From Rhodoblastus sp. (GTDB lineage Bacteria > Pseudomonadota > Alphaproteobacteria > Rhizobiales > Beijerinckiaceae), in contig NZ_JAGRPM010000019.1 of NCBI RefSeq assembly GCF_019449565.1, positions 12,838 to 76,837 of the forward strand: 64,000 nt of DNA, given 5' to 3'. A model generated the notes under the pieces. That model was not told the origin of the DNA. It worked only from the letters and a program-made list of their open reading frames with translations, and ran no database searches. This document shows, piece after piece, positions 29,072-37,183 of the stretch. A program made the position numbers and the translations under genes. Each line of letters starts with the position of its first letter. The first letter of the stretch is position 1.

Positions 29072-30622
29072 TTAGCGCAGGTAAACTTCAACATCGACGC
29101 CTGCGCGCGCCCATTGGTGACAGGCAACGGAGGCCGCCCGCCTTTTGTCCTCACCGACAAGGAGCTTCACCTTGTGGAAGCCGGTGCCGATGAGGAGTGT
29201 TTCGATACCGTTGACGGCGACCACGACCGGCCCATGACCCGCCCGTTGCAGCCCGGTCACCAGCTTGTCTGTGACCACGAGGACGTCGCCCTCGCAGGCG
29301 TCGGTCAGCCAGATGCCGCCGCCATGGGCCGGGCCATGGGTCGTGATGGAGCCGTCCAAGCTGACCGACCAGACGCCACAAAAGCCATCCGTCACGCGAT
29401 GTAGGGCAGCCCAGACGGTGGGCCGGTCAGGGGTGAAGCGCAGGCGGGTCAGGGCCGCCGAGGGCAGGGCGTCGAGCTTGGCGTGCTGGAGCAGCCAGCG
29501 TTCCCCGTCCGTGTCGGCGATGGGCTGGGCGTTGTGCCACAAGGGCCGCACCAGATCGACCTTGGCGGCGTCCTCGGGCCGGGGGGCTGTGGCCACATCA
29601 AGGTTCTTGGAGCTCCACCCGTAATGTTCATTAGCGATGTGAAATATCGTCGCCAGTGTGTAGGTTTTACCGGATGTCCTGAGCCTGAACCCGCTGTAGG
29701 TCTTGACCGTATAGCGTGGGTCATTTCTGGTACATAGCGCCGACCAGCGATAAAAGAGGTCGCGGTAGGCCTCCGCTAAATCAAAAGCGTCGGCGCTGAC
29801 ATCCCCCGAGTCCTGCTCCTCACGATCCGGGCAGACGTTGCCATGTTTCAGGTTGTCAGCCTCGACGCCGGCGCGCTTCAAACCGGCGCAGACCTTCAAC
29901 CATGTGTAACGGTCAACTCCCTCGCCCCGGTTGTTGATGGCCATGACGGCACTGGCTACCTCAGCATAGGTCGGGGCAGAGCCTTGGGGCTGGGGTGGAG
30001 TCGGAGGGACGTAGGGCTGGCCGGACAGGTTCGGTCCCGCTACCCGGAGCAGCCATTCCAAATCCTCAGGCCGCAGGGGAGCAATAGCGTCGCCTTTGAT
30101 TGATTGGCCAGTGAACGCAAACCAGCCCTCAAACTTGAGCTCGATGGCCAGTGGATGGCGGCCCTTGCTTTGGACCTTGGTGAAGGTGCGGTTGTGGCAC
30201 TCTCCCCCCGACACCCGTTCAAGGTCTTCGACGTCCTGCTTTTTGATTAGGCAGTAGATCTTGAGGCCGGTTTGACTGGGGCTGATCTCGGTGTAGGAGT
30301 CGAGGCGATCAACGATGTCCTGTGCCCATGGTGTTAGCTCGCCGGTGTCCGTGTCGCGGCAGCTATCGAGGTCGACGCCAAAGATGGGGAAGGATTTCTG
30401 GCCAAGGATGAGAGCCAGGCCTTGGGTAGGGGAGGGTTGGCCAACAGCAGCGGCGGCGACGGCGTAGGGTTGCCACGGCTCGGCTCTTGTGTAGGACGCC
30501 CAACGCCGGGTGATTGGATCGCGCGGGGCGCCCTTGTTCCATGAACCGTCGTCGCGTTGTGTGGCCTGCCAGTAGGCCCAGACGGGGGCATCTCTAAGAA
30601 GTAATTTTGTTTGTGTATTCAT
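29072..30622 (-). CDS. Primase-polymerase (AEP-type) with PriCT-2 and an extra C-terminal domain
   Basis: GVDLDSCRD, WAQDIVDRLDSYTEISPSQTGL; PriCT-2-like YTWLKVCAGLK..FYRWS..TLATIFHIA. Confidence 0.82.
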   Translation of the reverse strand: MNTQTKLLLRDAPVWAYWQATQRDDGSWNKGAPRDPITRRWASYTRAEPWQPYAVAAAAVGQPSPTQGLALILGQKSFPIFGVDLDSCRDTDTGELTPWAQDIVDRLDSYTEISPSQTGLKIYCLIKKQDVEDLERVSGGECHNRTFTKVQSKGRHPLAIELKFEGWFAFTGQSIKGDAIAPLRPEDLEWLLRVAGPNLSGQPYVPPTPPQPQGSAPTYAEVASAVMAINNRGEGVDRYTWLKVCAGLKRAGVEADNLKHGNVCPDREEQDSGDVSADAFDLAEAYRDLFYRWSALCTRNDPRYTVKTYSGFRLRTSGKTYTLATIFHIANEHYGWSSKNLDVATAPRPEDAAKVDLVRPLWHNAQPIADTDGERWLLQHAKLDALPSAALTRLRFTPDRPTVWAALHRVTDGFCGVWSVSLDGSITTHGPAHGGGIWLTDACEGDVLVVTDKLVTGLQRAGHGPVVVAVNGIETLLIGTGFHKVKLLVGEDKRRAASVACHQWARAGVDVEVYLR

Positions 30623-30738
30623 CACCAACCGCCCAAGATTTTTTGGGGCGGGAAGGTCAAAGCAGCTTTACAAAGTCGGACAGGTGGGCTATACCTAGAT
30701 TGCTTTGCTACCCGCCTACCTGTTCAACCTGAACAAAG

Positions 30739-30769
30739 AACGCCTCCGCACCAACGGGGGCGTTTTTTT
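30739..30769 (+). terminator. Intrinsic terminator-like hairpin, possibly bidirectional
   Basis: AACGCCTCCG-CACCAA-CGGGGGCGTT followed by a T run. Confidence 0.55.
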
Positions 30770-30926
30770 GTGCTTTGCACATCACGCCACTATTGTAACC
30801 TGCCTCAGGCTAAGCTGCTTCCCGCGGTCCTGTAAAGGGATAAACGCCGAGGGAGCTATGCTATTACTGCCGGACAGCGCCTTTTACCTATGCAGCTCTT
30901 GCATGACAGCGCCTTTTACTTGGGGA

Positions 30927-31313
30927 TCAAAACGCGATCTCCCGGCCCCGCTGCCGTTCTGCTGCCACCATCTTCCGCAGCTCCAGCATGTGGGGGCCGG
31001 TGGCTACGCCCTCGCCATACTCGTGGAAGACCGTACCGGCCTCGTCAATAATTGCGCGCACTTCAGAGCCAGTGTAGTCGATGCGCTCCCAAGCTTCATG
31101 AATGGCCGGGACCAGCCATTCCCTGCTGCCGGTCTTAATGATCACCCAGATGCTGTCCCGGTGTGCGTAAAGGCCGAGGATGTTGCTACCTTCCACGCGG
31201 AGCTGGATCTCCACCAATGGCCGCCTTGCTTCAACAAAGCCCAGCAGCCGGTAAAGGTCGTTCACACAACAGCAGCACTCGTCACTGTTGGTCTGGTGGA
31301 CTACTGGGCGCAT
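30927..31313 (-). CDS. Hypothetical protein
   Basis: 128 aa, overlaps the stop of the upstream gene. Confidence 0.45.
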   Translation of the reverse strand: MRPVVHQTNSDECCCCVNDLYRLLGFVEARRPLVEIQLRVEGSNILGLYAHRDSIWVIIKTGSREWLVPAIHEAWERIDYTGSEVRAIIDEAGTVFHEYGEGVATGPHMLELRKMVAAERQRGREIAF

Positions 31314-31678
31314 GTCGTCGATCCTGCCGTGTTTGCCAGACCAAAAACATCCTTAAAGAGCCGGTAGGTCTTGATGTCCTCCGGTGGTAGCATTTCATCC
31401 CCCGGGAGAAGACCAAAGAGCGTCGCAACGACATTCCAATACTCACGCATGATCCTTGAGGTTTTATTGTACGGGTCATCCCTCAAGCGCGCGGCCATGA
31501 ACTCGTTGACATCAACAAAGTCGCTTGTGCGGTGCATGTGGACTTCTATTTTAGACCGCAGGCGCATGGCGTAGATTTTCAGTTCCCGTCCCCACGTAGC
31601 AGTAGACTCTGAACGTCCTTTGTCGCGCAGTTTTTCATAGACCGTGTCGGCCTCATGCCGGCGTTGTTGATGGTTCAT
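31301..31678 (-). CDS. Hypothetical protein
   Basis: AGGAGG RBS before MNHQQRR. Confidence 0.6.
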   Translation of the reverse strand: MNHQQRRHEADTVYEKLRDKGRSESTATWGRELKIYAMRLRSKIEVHMHRTSDFVDVNEFMAARLRDDPYNKTSRIMREYWNVVATLFGLLPGDEMLPPEDIKTYRLFKDVFGLANTAGSTTCAQ

Positions 31679-31811
31679 TTTTGCCTCCTGTTTGACCTGA
31701 ATCCGGCGCTGGCGCATCCGCACCAAGTCCGCATTTTGGTAGTGCCCCCGACATCATGCTCTATGTCGTTGGAATCACGGTCTATTTTCCGGACGTATAC
31801 AGACTAGTCGA

Positions 31812-32051
31812 TTATGTGCCGGTCTTTGCGACGGCCTCGGCATAGGAGGAGAAGGTCAAAGCTTCTTCAAAAGCCTCGACATCCTTCACGCGGTAGAAAT
31901 AGGAACGAGGACCGATACGTAAAAATTTGGGACCGGTCCCGCTGCACCGCAAGGAGGAGATGTGGTTGATTGACCGGCCCCAACGCTTGGCGAGGTCAGC
32001 AGTGGTGAGTAGATCGGCGGCGGGGGTGCGGTTGTTGCTTGGAGTGTTCAT
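31812..32051 (-). CDS. AlpA/Xis-like helix-turn-helix regulator
   Basis: LLTTADLAKRWGRS...GTGPKFLRIG...YRVKDVEAF. Confidence 0.88.
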   Translation of the reverse strand: MNTPSNNRTPAADLLTTADLAKRWGRSINHISSLRCSGTGPKFLRIGPRSYFYRVKDVEAFEEALTFSSYAEAVAKTGT

Positions 32052-32202
32052 GTGGTTTACCTACTAGTTCCAAAGGATATTGGAGGGTAAACCGTGTTCG
32101 TGGGCAATGTCCAGTGTTATTTGTGTACAAAGCCCTTTACAAGCTTGTATAACGGACTTTACAACTACAGGCAATCAATAATAGTGAGTATAGAAAACAG
32201 GC

Positions 32203-32418
32203 TTACTCGACGGCATGGGGTAGTTGGACGCCAGACAAGGCCATCGTGTAGCTGTTGACCGCTGCCTGTAGCTCTTGTCTACGCCGCAACAAGACCTTTG
32301 AGCTGCATTTACCGGCGTAATGATCCCGCTCCGCCTTGGTGGCGCGGGCGCGGCAAGCATTGAGGTTGTCACGGGTCTTCTGTACTTGGACAGGGTTAGA
32401 CATGGTGATCTCCGTCAA
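32203..32418 (-). CDS. Hypothetical protein coupled to terL
   Basis: Start overlaps the terL stop; 71 aa helical. Confidence 0.5.
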   Translation of the reverse strand: MTEITMSNPVQVQKTRDNLNACRARATKAERDHYAGKCSSKVLLRRRQELQAAVNSYTMALSGVQLPHAVE

Positions 32419-34037
32419 TTCTGGTCGTAGGCCAAGAGGATGCCGTACACCCCCGCGTCCAGCAAATCATCGGCACGCCGGTAGGCTTGCTTGTCCCCGA
32501 CCCTGAAGCTGCCGAACTGCGCCAGCAAATGGTTGCGGACGACGCCCTTCAACTTGAGAGTCTTGTTGAATGCGTGGTCGGTAATCTTGACCTGCCCCTC
32601 GTTGACCAAGGGTTCCGCTGCCAATGCGCGGAGGTCTTTACCACGGGCCACAAGATGGCTCGGGATGGGCTGGCAAATGTGCGGGAACTTCGCCAGCAAC
32701 ATCTCTCCCAACGCCACGCCCTCGATGTAGATGCCTTGCTCGTTCAACCGGACCTTGTCCCCGGTGAGCTCTTGCAGGCGTGCCTCGCACGTCAACAACC
32801 ATTGCTCAACGTCAGCAGCTCCAACTTCTACGGCATCCCAATCGAGTATGAAAAGGCCACGGGGCTCAAGGTGGACGTTGAGGCCGAAGAAGACGCAGGC
32901 CGCCGCATCGTTTTCACTACCGCCCTTCACGGCCGAGTCGATCACGGCAAAGGCGATGTCAAAGGTCTTTGGGACCGGCGGGGCAACACCGTCAACTAGC
33001 AGCTTGGTGATGCTGAACAGGGCGAGGCCACTGAGGTCCACGAACTCAGCAAGGAACTCCTGCCTGAAAATTAGCGGGTGATGGACACGCGAAAGCCTGT
33101 CCAATTCCTTGGCCGGCAAAAAGGGATTTTTTGAGCTGGGGGCATGGAACTGCGTAAATCCAAGCTCGGTCTGGTGGCATATCTTATAAAAAAAATTGGA
33201 CTCGTCGATGCCGTTTGGCGTTGAAGCCACGACAACATCACCGGCGAAATCAGAATAATCGAGTGTAGTTGCCAATATACTCGCGTCGTAAATGTCGCTC
33301 AGGTCCGGGCCACCAAACGCGGCCTCGTCAATTAGAACGCGATGGTACTTGCGGGACCGGCCAGCTCGTTCATGCTCAAGGGACCAGCATTCAATAGACC
33401 CGCCTCCGGGCAAGGAGAGGTACCCGGCGCTCTTGTTGGACGTGTCCGCGACACCGCCCAGAACCATGTCAAGGGCCATGAAGGTCGGGGCACTGAGTTT
33501 GTAGGTGGGAGCAAAGATTCCACAGGCCCGACCAAGCAAAGCATCATCGATGGCGAGGGCCGTTATGAGAGCGGTCTTGCCAAACCGGCGACCACAGCGC
33601 AACGCCGTGAAGCGTCCGGATTGGATGGTGGCCAAGGCGTCAATCTGGCCTTGGTGCAAGGGGCCGTCTGGCAGGCGCAGCACACTATTAGGCAACCCTA
33701 CAGCTTGCAGGGCTTGCGCTGGGTGGCCTTCGTCGGCGTGGGTGGTGGTGGCGTCCCCGGCAGCAGGCCGGAGGCCGCCCACGACCAGCCTCTGGGCGCC
33801 GTGGACCATGGCGTCATTGTGGGCGCGCTGGGTGAAGTCCGTATAGAGTTCGCCCTGACCCTGGATGGTGGTAGAGACGATCCGGCCCTTGGCATCGGTC
33901 GCGCGAGCAAAGTCGGCACGCTGGCCGGTGAGAAAGTCCACGGCGGCGAAGGTGCGCAGGGCCGGCGCGCTCCGGGTGGCCAAGGCCGTGCTGAGCATGG
34001 ACTGGACTAGGCGGCTGGCCGTGGCGAGGTTGCTCAT
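32415..34037 (-). CDS. terL: Terminase large subunit
   Basis: Walker A CGRRFGKT, Walker B VLIDEAA, coupling STPNG, FRQEFLAEF, nuclease IDSAVKGG..ND and DDLLD. Confidence 0.93.
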   Translation of the reverse strand: MSNLATASRLVQSMLSTALATRSAPALRTFAAVDFLTGQRADFARATDAKGRIVSTTIQGQGELYTDFTQRAHNDAMVHGAQRLVVGGLRPAAGDATTTHADEGHPAQALQAVGLPNSVLRLPDGPLHQGQIDALATIQSGRFTALRCGRRFGKTALITALAIDDALLGRACGIFAPTYKLSAPTFMALDMVLGGVADTSNKSAGYLSLPGGGSIECWSLEHERAGRSRKYHRVLIDEAAFGGPDLSDIYDASILATTLDYSDFAGDVVVASTPNGIDESNFFYKICHQTELGFTQFHAPSSKNPFLPAKELDRLSRVHHPLIFRQEFLAEFVDLSGLALFSITKLLVDGVAPPVPKTFDIAFAVIDSAVKGGSENDAAACVFFGLNVHLEPRGLFILDWDAVEVGAADVEQWLLTCEARLQELTGDKVRLNEQGIYIEGVALGEMLLAKFPHICQPIPSHLVARGKDLRALAAEPLVNEGQVKITDHAFNKTLKLKGVVRNHLLAQFGSFRVGDKQAYRRADDLLDAGVYGILLAYDQN

Positions 34038-34519
34038 TGATCGCCGCTTAGCAGAGCTTGCAGCTTGGCGATATTTCCTTCCAGCTGAACACCAACGAGC
34101 AGTTCGGTGAAGGCCTTTGCGCCGTCGATTAGGAATTTCGCGGCGTCGGTGTCGAGTTCCCCGGCAGTCGCCTTTTCCAGTACCTTTGAGACGAATTGTG
34201 ATGCGTCCGTCGCCGTCACCAGCTTGGGCAAGTCTGCACTCGGTTCAATGAAGCGCAGGGGCGGTTTCGGGCTGGGCTTCGATTCAAGGTAAGCGGTTGC
34301 GGCGCGCAAGCATGCAAGCTTCAGTTCGGGGTCAACTCCCTCGGCGTGGGCCATCTCCATCATTTCAATGGGGCCGCGTTTCCATCCACGCTTTTCGAAC
34401 TCGTCCAGCAGCTCTTGAGTGCGCTTGTTGGGGGTTCCTTTTGCTCGCCCCATCCCAACATTCTGCAAGGTTTCGGGATGCCCCCTACTCTTCGCTACCT
34501 TTGGGGATTCTTTGGTCAT
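34034..34519 (-). CDS. terS: Terminase small subunit-like protein
   Basis: GRAKGTPNK motif; lies directly upstream of terL with an ATGA overlap. Confidence 0.7.
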   Translation of the reverse strand: MTKESPKVAKSRGHPETLQNVGMGRAKGTPNKRTQELLDEFEKRGWKRGPIEMMEMAHAEGVDPELKLACLRAATAYLESKPSPKPPLRFIEPSADLPKLVTATDASQFVSKVLEKATAGELDTDAAKFLIDGAKAFTELLVGVQLEGNIAKLQALLSGDQ

Positions 34520-34593
34520 CAGAATAGTTCTCAGTAGTTGCTTATCCGACGCAAACAATACCCTATTGGCGGTATCTCAGCAACTATTGTGTA

Positions 34594-34779
34594 TTATTCA
34601 GGACGCCGGAACAACACAACATTATCCCTCAATACTGGCTCTATCCTTGATCGTGGTCTAAGAGCCAAGGCCACACGGCAAACCACCACGACCAGCCTAC
34701 ACACCGCCCAGCCCGAGGCCATGACAAGAACATAGGCCAGCCAGCCGAGGACCAGCATCACCATGGCCAAGCTCAGCAT
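34594..34779 (-). CDS. Small membrane protein (~61 aa)
   Basis: MLSLAMVMLVLGWLAYVLVMASGWAVCRLVVVVCRVALAL; overlaps the upstream stop. Confidence 0.45.
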   Translation of the reverse strand: MLSLAMVMLVLGWLAYVLVMASGWAVCRLVVVVCRVALALRPRSRIEPVLRDNVVLFRRPE

Positions 34780-34985
34780 TTGGGGGCTTCCCGCGCCGCC
34801 TCGGGCCAGCCATAAATGATGGTGTCGATCTTGATGGAGCGGGCTTCCAGCGCCGCCAAAGCCGCTCTCTTGTGCTCCGGCGTGCGACACACCATCGCAA
34901 TCAGCTTGGTGTAAAACGGCACCATGCTCTCCAACAGCTTGGGCGGCCCATCCGCGATAGTGAATATCGTGAAGTCCTCGTTCAT
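34773..34985 (-). CDS. Small hypothetical protein directly after the integrase
   Basis: ATG 3 nt after the integrase stop; 70 aa. Confidence 0.45.
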   Translation of the reverse strand: MNEDFTIFTIADGPPKLLESMVPFYTKLIAMVCRTPEHKRAALAALEARSIKIDTIIYGWPEAAREAPKC

Positions 34986-34988
34986 GCC

Positions 34989-36230
34989 TCAGCCCTGCTT
35001 CTTCATCGGGATTACGTTGGCGGTGTCGACCTTACCCTCGGCGAGGAACTGCCCCCACATCCTCAAGGCCTCGGCGCGCTTCTCGGCGAAATCGTGCTGC
35101 TGGTAGATGAGTGCGACCGAGGACAGCGACGACGACTTATGGGCCAAAAGCTTGTCAGCCACGTCCACGCCGACACCCTTCTTCGCCAGCCAAGTGACCC
35201 CCGACCTGCGGAAATCATGATAGGTCCACGGCTTCATCACAGGGCCGCCGTCCCGTACCAGCGCCTCATCGAGCGCCACCTTGATCCTCTGCATCCCGCC
35301 CATCACCCTTAGGCCGTCCGTGGTGAAGACGATGTCGCTCGTGTCATGCCGTGGCAGGGTGGCCAGCACGTCCTTGGCCGGGGGTGCAAGATCCACCCGA
35401 TGCGGCTTGGCCTGCTTCATCCGTGCGCCGGGAATGTGCCAGACGTCCCCGGTGATCTCCGCCCAACGCAAACCGAGGGCCTCGGTGCGGCGAACCAGTG
35501 TGAGCATCAGGAAGCGGACATAGGCCGCGCGCAATGGGGACAGGGTACCAGCCGCCGCCCAAACACGGTGCAACTCCTCCTCCGTCAGGGACCGGTCGCG
35601 GGCTGCACCGGCCGGGGGCAGTTTCAGCCGGTCGTCCAGTTGGTTCACGTCAATATGGCCCTCGCTGTAAGCCCAGCGAAACACCGCCTTGATTCTTACG
35701 GCCGCCGCGTGCATCGCGATGGGGCCGCTGTTGGCGCGCACAAGATCCAGGGCCTTGGACACATCTTTGACCTGAATGGCGGCAACCGGCTTGGCCAGCA
35801 GCCCAGCGAAACCGCGCGTCAAGGACGAGAGGGTAACCTTGAGCGAGTTGGGGCGGCATTTGGGGGCCATGGCCTTCTCCCAATCGCCCAGCAGGACCGC
35901 GAGGGTGAAGGCGTCGGCCTCCCGGCGCTGACGGAGAATGGCCTTGTCCTCCTCGCGTTTGGCGAACGGGTCCAAGGTCGTGACCATGGCGGCCGATTCC
36001 AGCTTGGCCAAGTTGCGAGCCTGCATCACCGTCAGGTTGCCGAACCGGCCGAGCGCCTTGCGGAAGCTGCGCCCGTCCTTGGTGCGGCTCTGGAATAGGA
36101 AGGTCTTGCGCCCCGACGACGAAACGCGGACGCCCAGCGAGGGCGTTTCGGTGTCAAACACAAGGTAGTCCTTGCGGGAAGGCTCAGGTTTCAAGCCGTT
36201 GACAGAGGTGTCGGTGAATTTGATTGCCAT
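34989..36230 (-). CDS. int: Tyrosine integrase with arm-DNA-binding (DUF4102-type) N-domain
   Basis: FTD..V..LKP..DTETPSLGVRV..SGRKTF; catalytic R (LVRRTE), HDFRR, LLAH and Y (IYQQH). Confidence 0.95.
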   Translation of the reverse strand: MAIKFTDTSVNGLKPEPSRKDYLVFDTETPSLGVRVSSSGRKTFLFQSRTKDGRSFRKALGRFGNLTVMQARNLAKLESAAMVTTLDPFAKREEDKAILRQRREADAFTLAVLLGDWEKAMAPKCRPNSLKVTLSSLTRGFAGLLAKPVAAIQVKDVSKALDLVRANSGPIAMHAAAVRIKAVFRWAYSEGHIDVNQLDDRLKLPPAGAARDRSLTEEELHRVWAAAGTLSPLRAAYVRFLMLTLVRRTEALGLRWAEITGDVWHIPGARMKQAKPHRVDLAPPAKDVLATLPRHDTSDIVFTTDGLRVMGGMQRIKVALDEALVRDGGPVMKPWTYHDFRRSGVTWLAKKGVGVDVADKLLAHKSSSLSSVALIYQQHDFAEKRAEALRMWGQFLAEGKVDTANVIPMKKQG

Positions 36231-36351
36231 GATTTTTGCGGACCTTTTGCGGACGCGACCCGGATGGTGTTAGGTGCGTTTCTTGGCCCTTATATGCGAT
36301 CCGGCTAATCAGTCGTCAAGGCCGCAGCCCTTGTAAACCAAGGCATTCAGA

Positions 36352-36380
36352 GGTTAGCGGGTGTTAGCGGGTGTTAGTTG
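36352..36380 (+). repeat. Tandem 10-bp repeats next to the right att site (putative integrase arm sites)
   Basis: GTTAGCGGGT GTTAGCGGGT GTTAGTTG; a further GTGTTAG near 36267. Confidence 0.6.
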
Positions 36381-36391
36381 TAAAGGTCCGT

Positions 36392-36405
36392 CACATATTG
36401 GTCGA
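36392..36405 (+). repeat. Right attachment site (core TGGTCGA)
   Basis: Matches 22942-22955. Confidence 0.8.
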
Positions 36406-36814
36406 GTTCAATCCGCCGCTGATCGCCTGCGTTGTCAGTGAGGGTGATTACTCGCATCGGGCGCTGAAGAAGACCGGCGAATGCGTGCTCGCCATTCCAC
36501 CCGCCGAACTTGCTGGGACGGTGGTGGCCATCGGCAATTGCTCGGGGCGCGAGGTCGATAAATTCGGGCGTTTCGGCCTCACGGTCAGACCAGCAAAAGA
36601 AGTTGCCGCGCCGCTGATCGACGAGTGCATCGTCAATATCGAATGCAAGGTCGTGGATCGCGCGCTCGTGACGGCTTACAATCTGTTCGTTCTAGAGGCG
36701 GTGCGGGCCTGGATCGACCCGAAGAAGGCCAAGGCCCGCACCCTGCACCATTGCGGCTATGGCCGCTTTCTGCTGGATGGCGAGGAGTTGCGACTGCGGT
36801 CCGCAAAACCATGA
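36406..36814 (+). pseudogene. Flavin reductase family gene, 3' part
   Basis: (E)FNPPLIACVV..GECVLAIP..IGNCSGREVDKF..APLI.EC..NIECKV..TLHHCG.G.F. Confidence 0.85.
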
Positions 36815-36856
36815 TGTTTCAATGAATTGGAAGCCATAATTGCCGGGAGAAATGAA

Positions 36857-37126
36857 ATGACAGTCTATCGCCTCTCGCCCATCGCCCCCGACGATCCGTC
36901 CTGGAAATATTCGGTGGAGAAAGCCCATGTTTGGGCGGGCGCCGCGACGCCCGAGGACGCCCGCGAGCTCGTCGCAGTCAAAACCGGATTTTTGAAACTT
37001 GCCGGGCAAGGCGCCATCTCGCCCTGGAAGAACGAGGGCGTCACATCCTGCAACGAAGAGCCAACGATGAACTATCCTGACCCGGGCGAGGTCATCCGCG
37101 AAGACGGCAGCCGGGTGGATCCCTGA
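36857..37126 (+). CDS. Hypothetical protein
   Basis: GGAG RBS, host-like codon use. Confidence 0.6.
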   Translation: MTVYRLSPIAPDDPSWKYSVEKAHVWAGAATPEDARELVAVKTGFLKLAGQGAISPWKNEGVTSCNEEPTMNYPDPGEVIREDGSRVDP

Positions 37127-37183
37127 CAAGAATGCCGCCGCCGGTCGAGGACCTGCGGCGGCGAGAACAGGTGTGACGGGCGT

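Larger units (their letters stand above)
22949..36405. mobile_element. 13.45-kb integrated phage-satellite-like element (int, terS, terL, alpA, prim-pol, helicase, scaffold-like)
   Basis: Flanked by a TGGTCGA direct repeat (22949-22955, 36399-36405) inside a split gene. Integrase at the right end, nearly all genes on the minus strand, visibly more A/T-rich and less codon-biased than the flanks. Confidence 0.92.

Noticed and set aside
30705-31367. 220-aa plus-strand ORF in the element
   Set aside because: Antisense to two coupled minus-strand ORFs, spans a terminator-like hairpin, and has no RBS or motif.
22949-36405. Complete prophage or cf-PICI
   Set aside because: No portal, major capsid, protease, head-tail adaptor, tail or lysis gene is recognisable, and 13.45 kb between att sites is too small for a full tailed phage.
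22949-36405. Known anti-phage defence system, retron, DGR or CRISPR array
   Set aside because: No reverse transcriptase, nuclease, TIR/SIR2, toxin-antitoxin motif or regularly spaced repeat array was seen here or elsewhere in the window.
36371-36814. Independent 147-aa gene starting at GTG 36371
   Set aside because: The start lies within the arm-type repeats with no RBS, and the product would lack the N-terminal ~40 aa found at 22834-22955.
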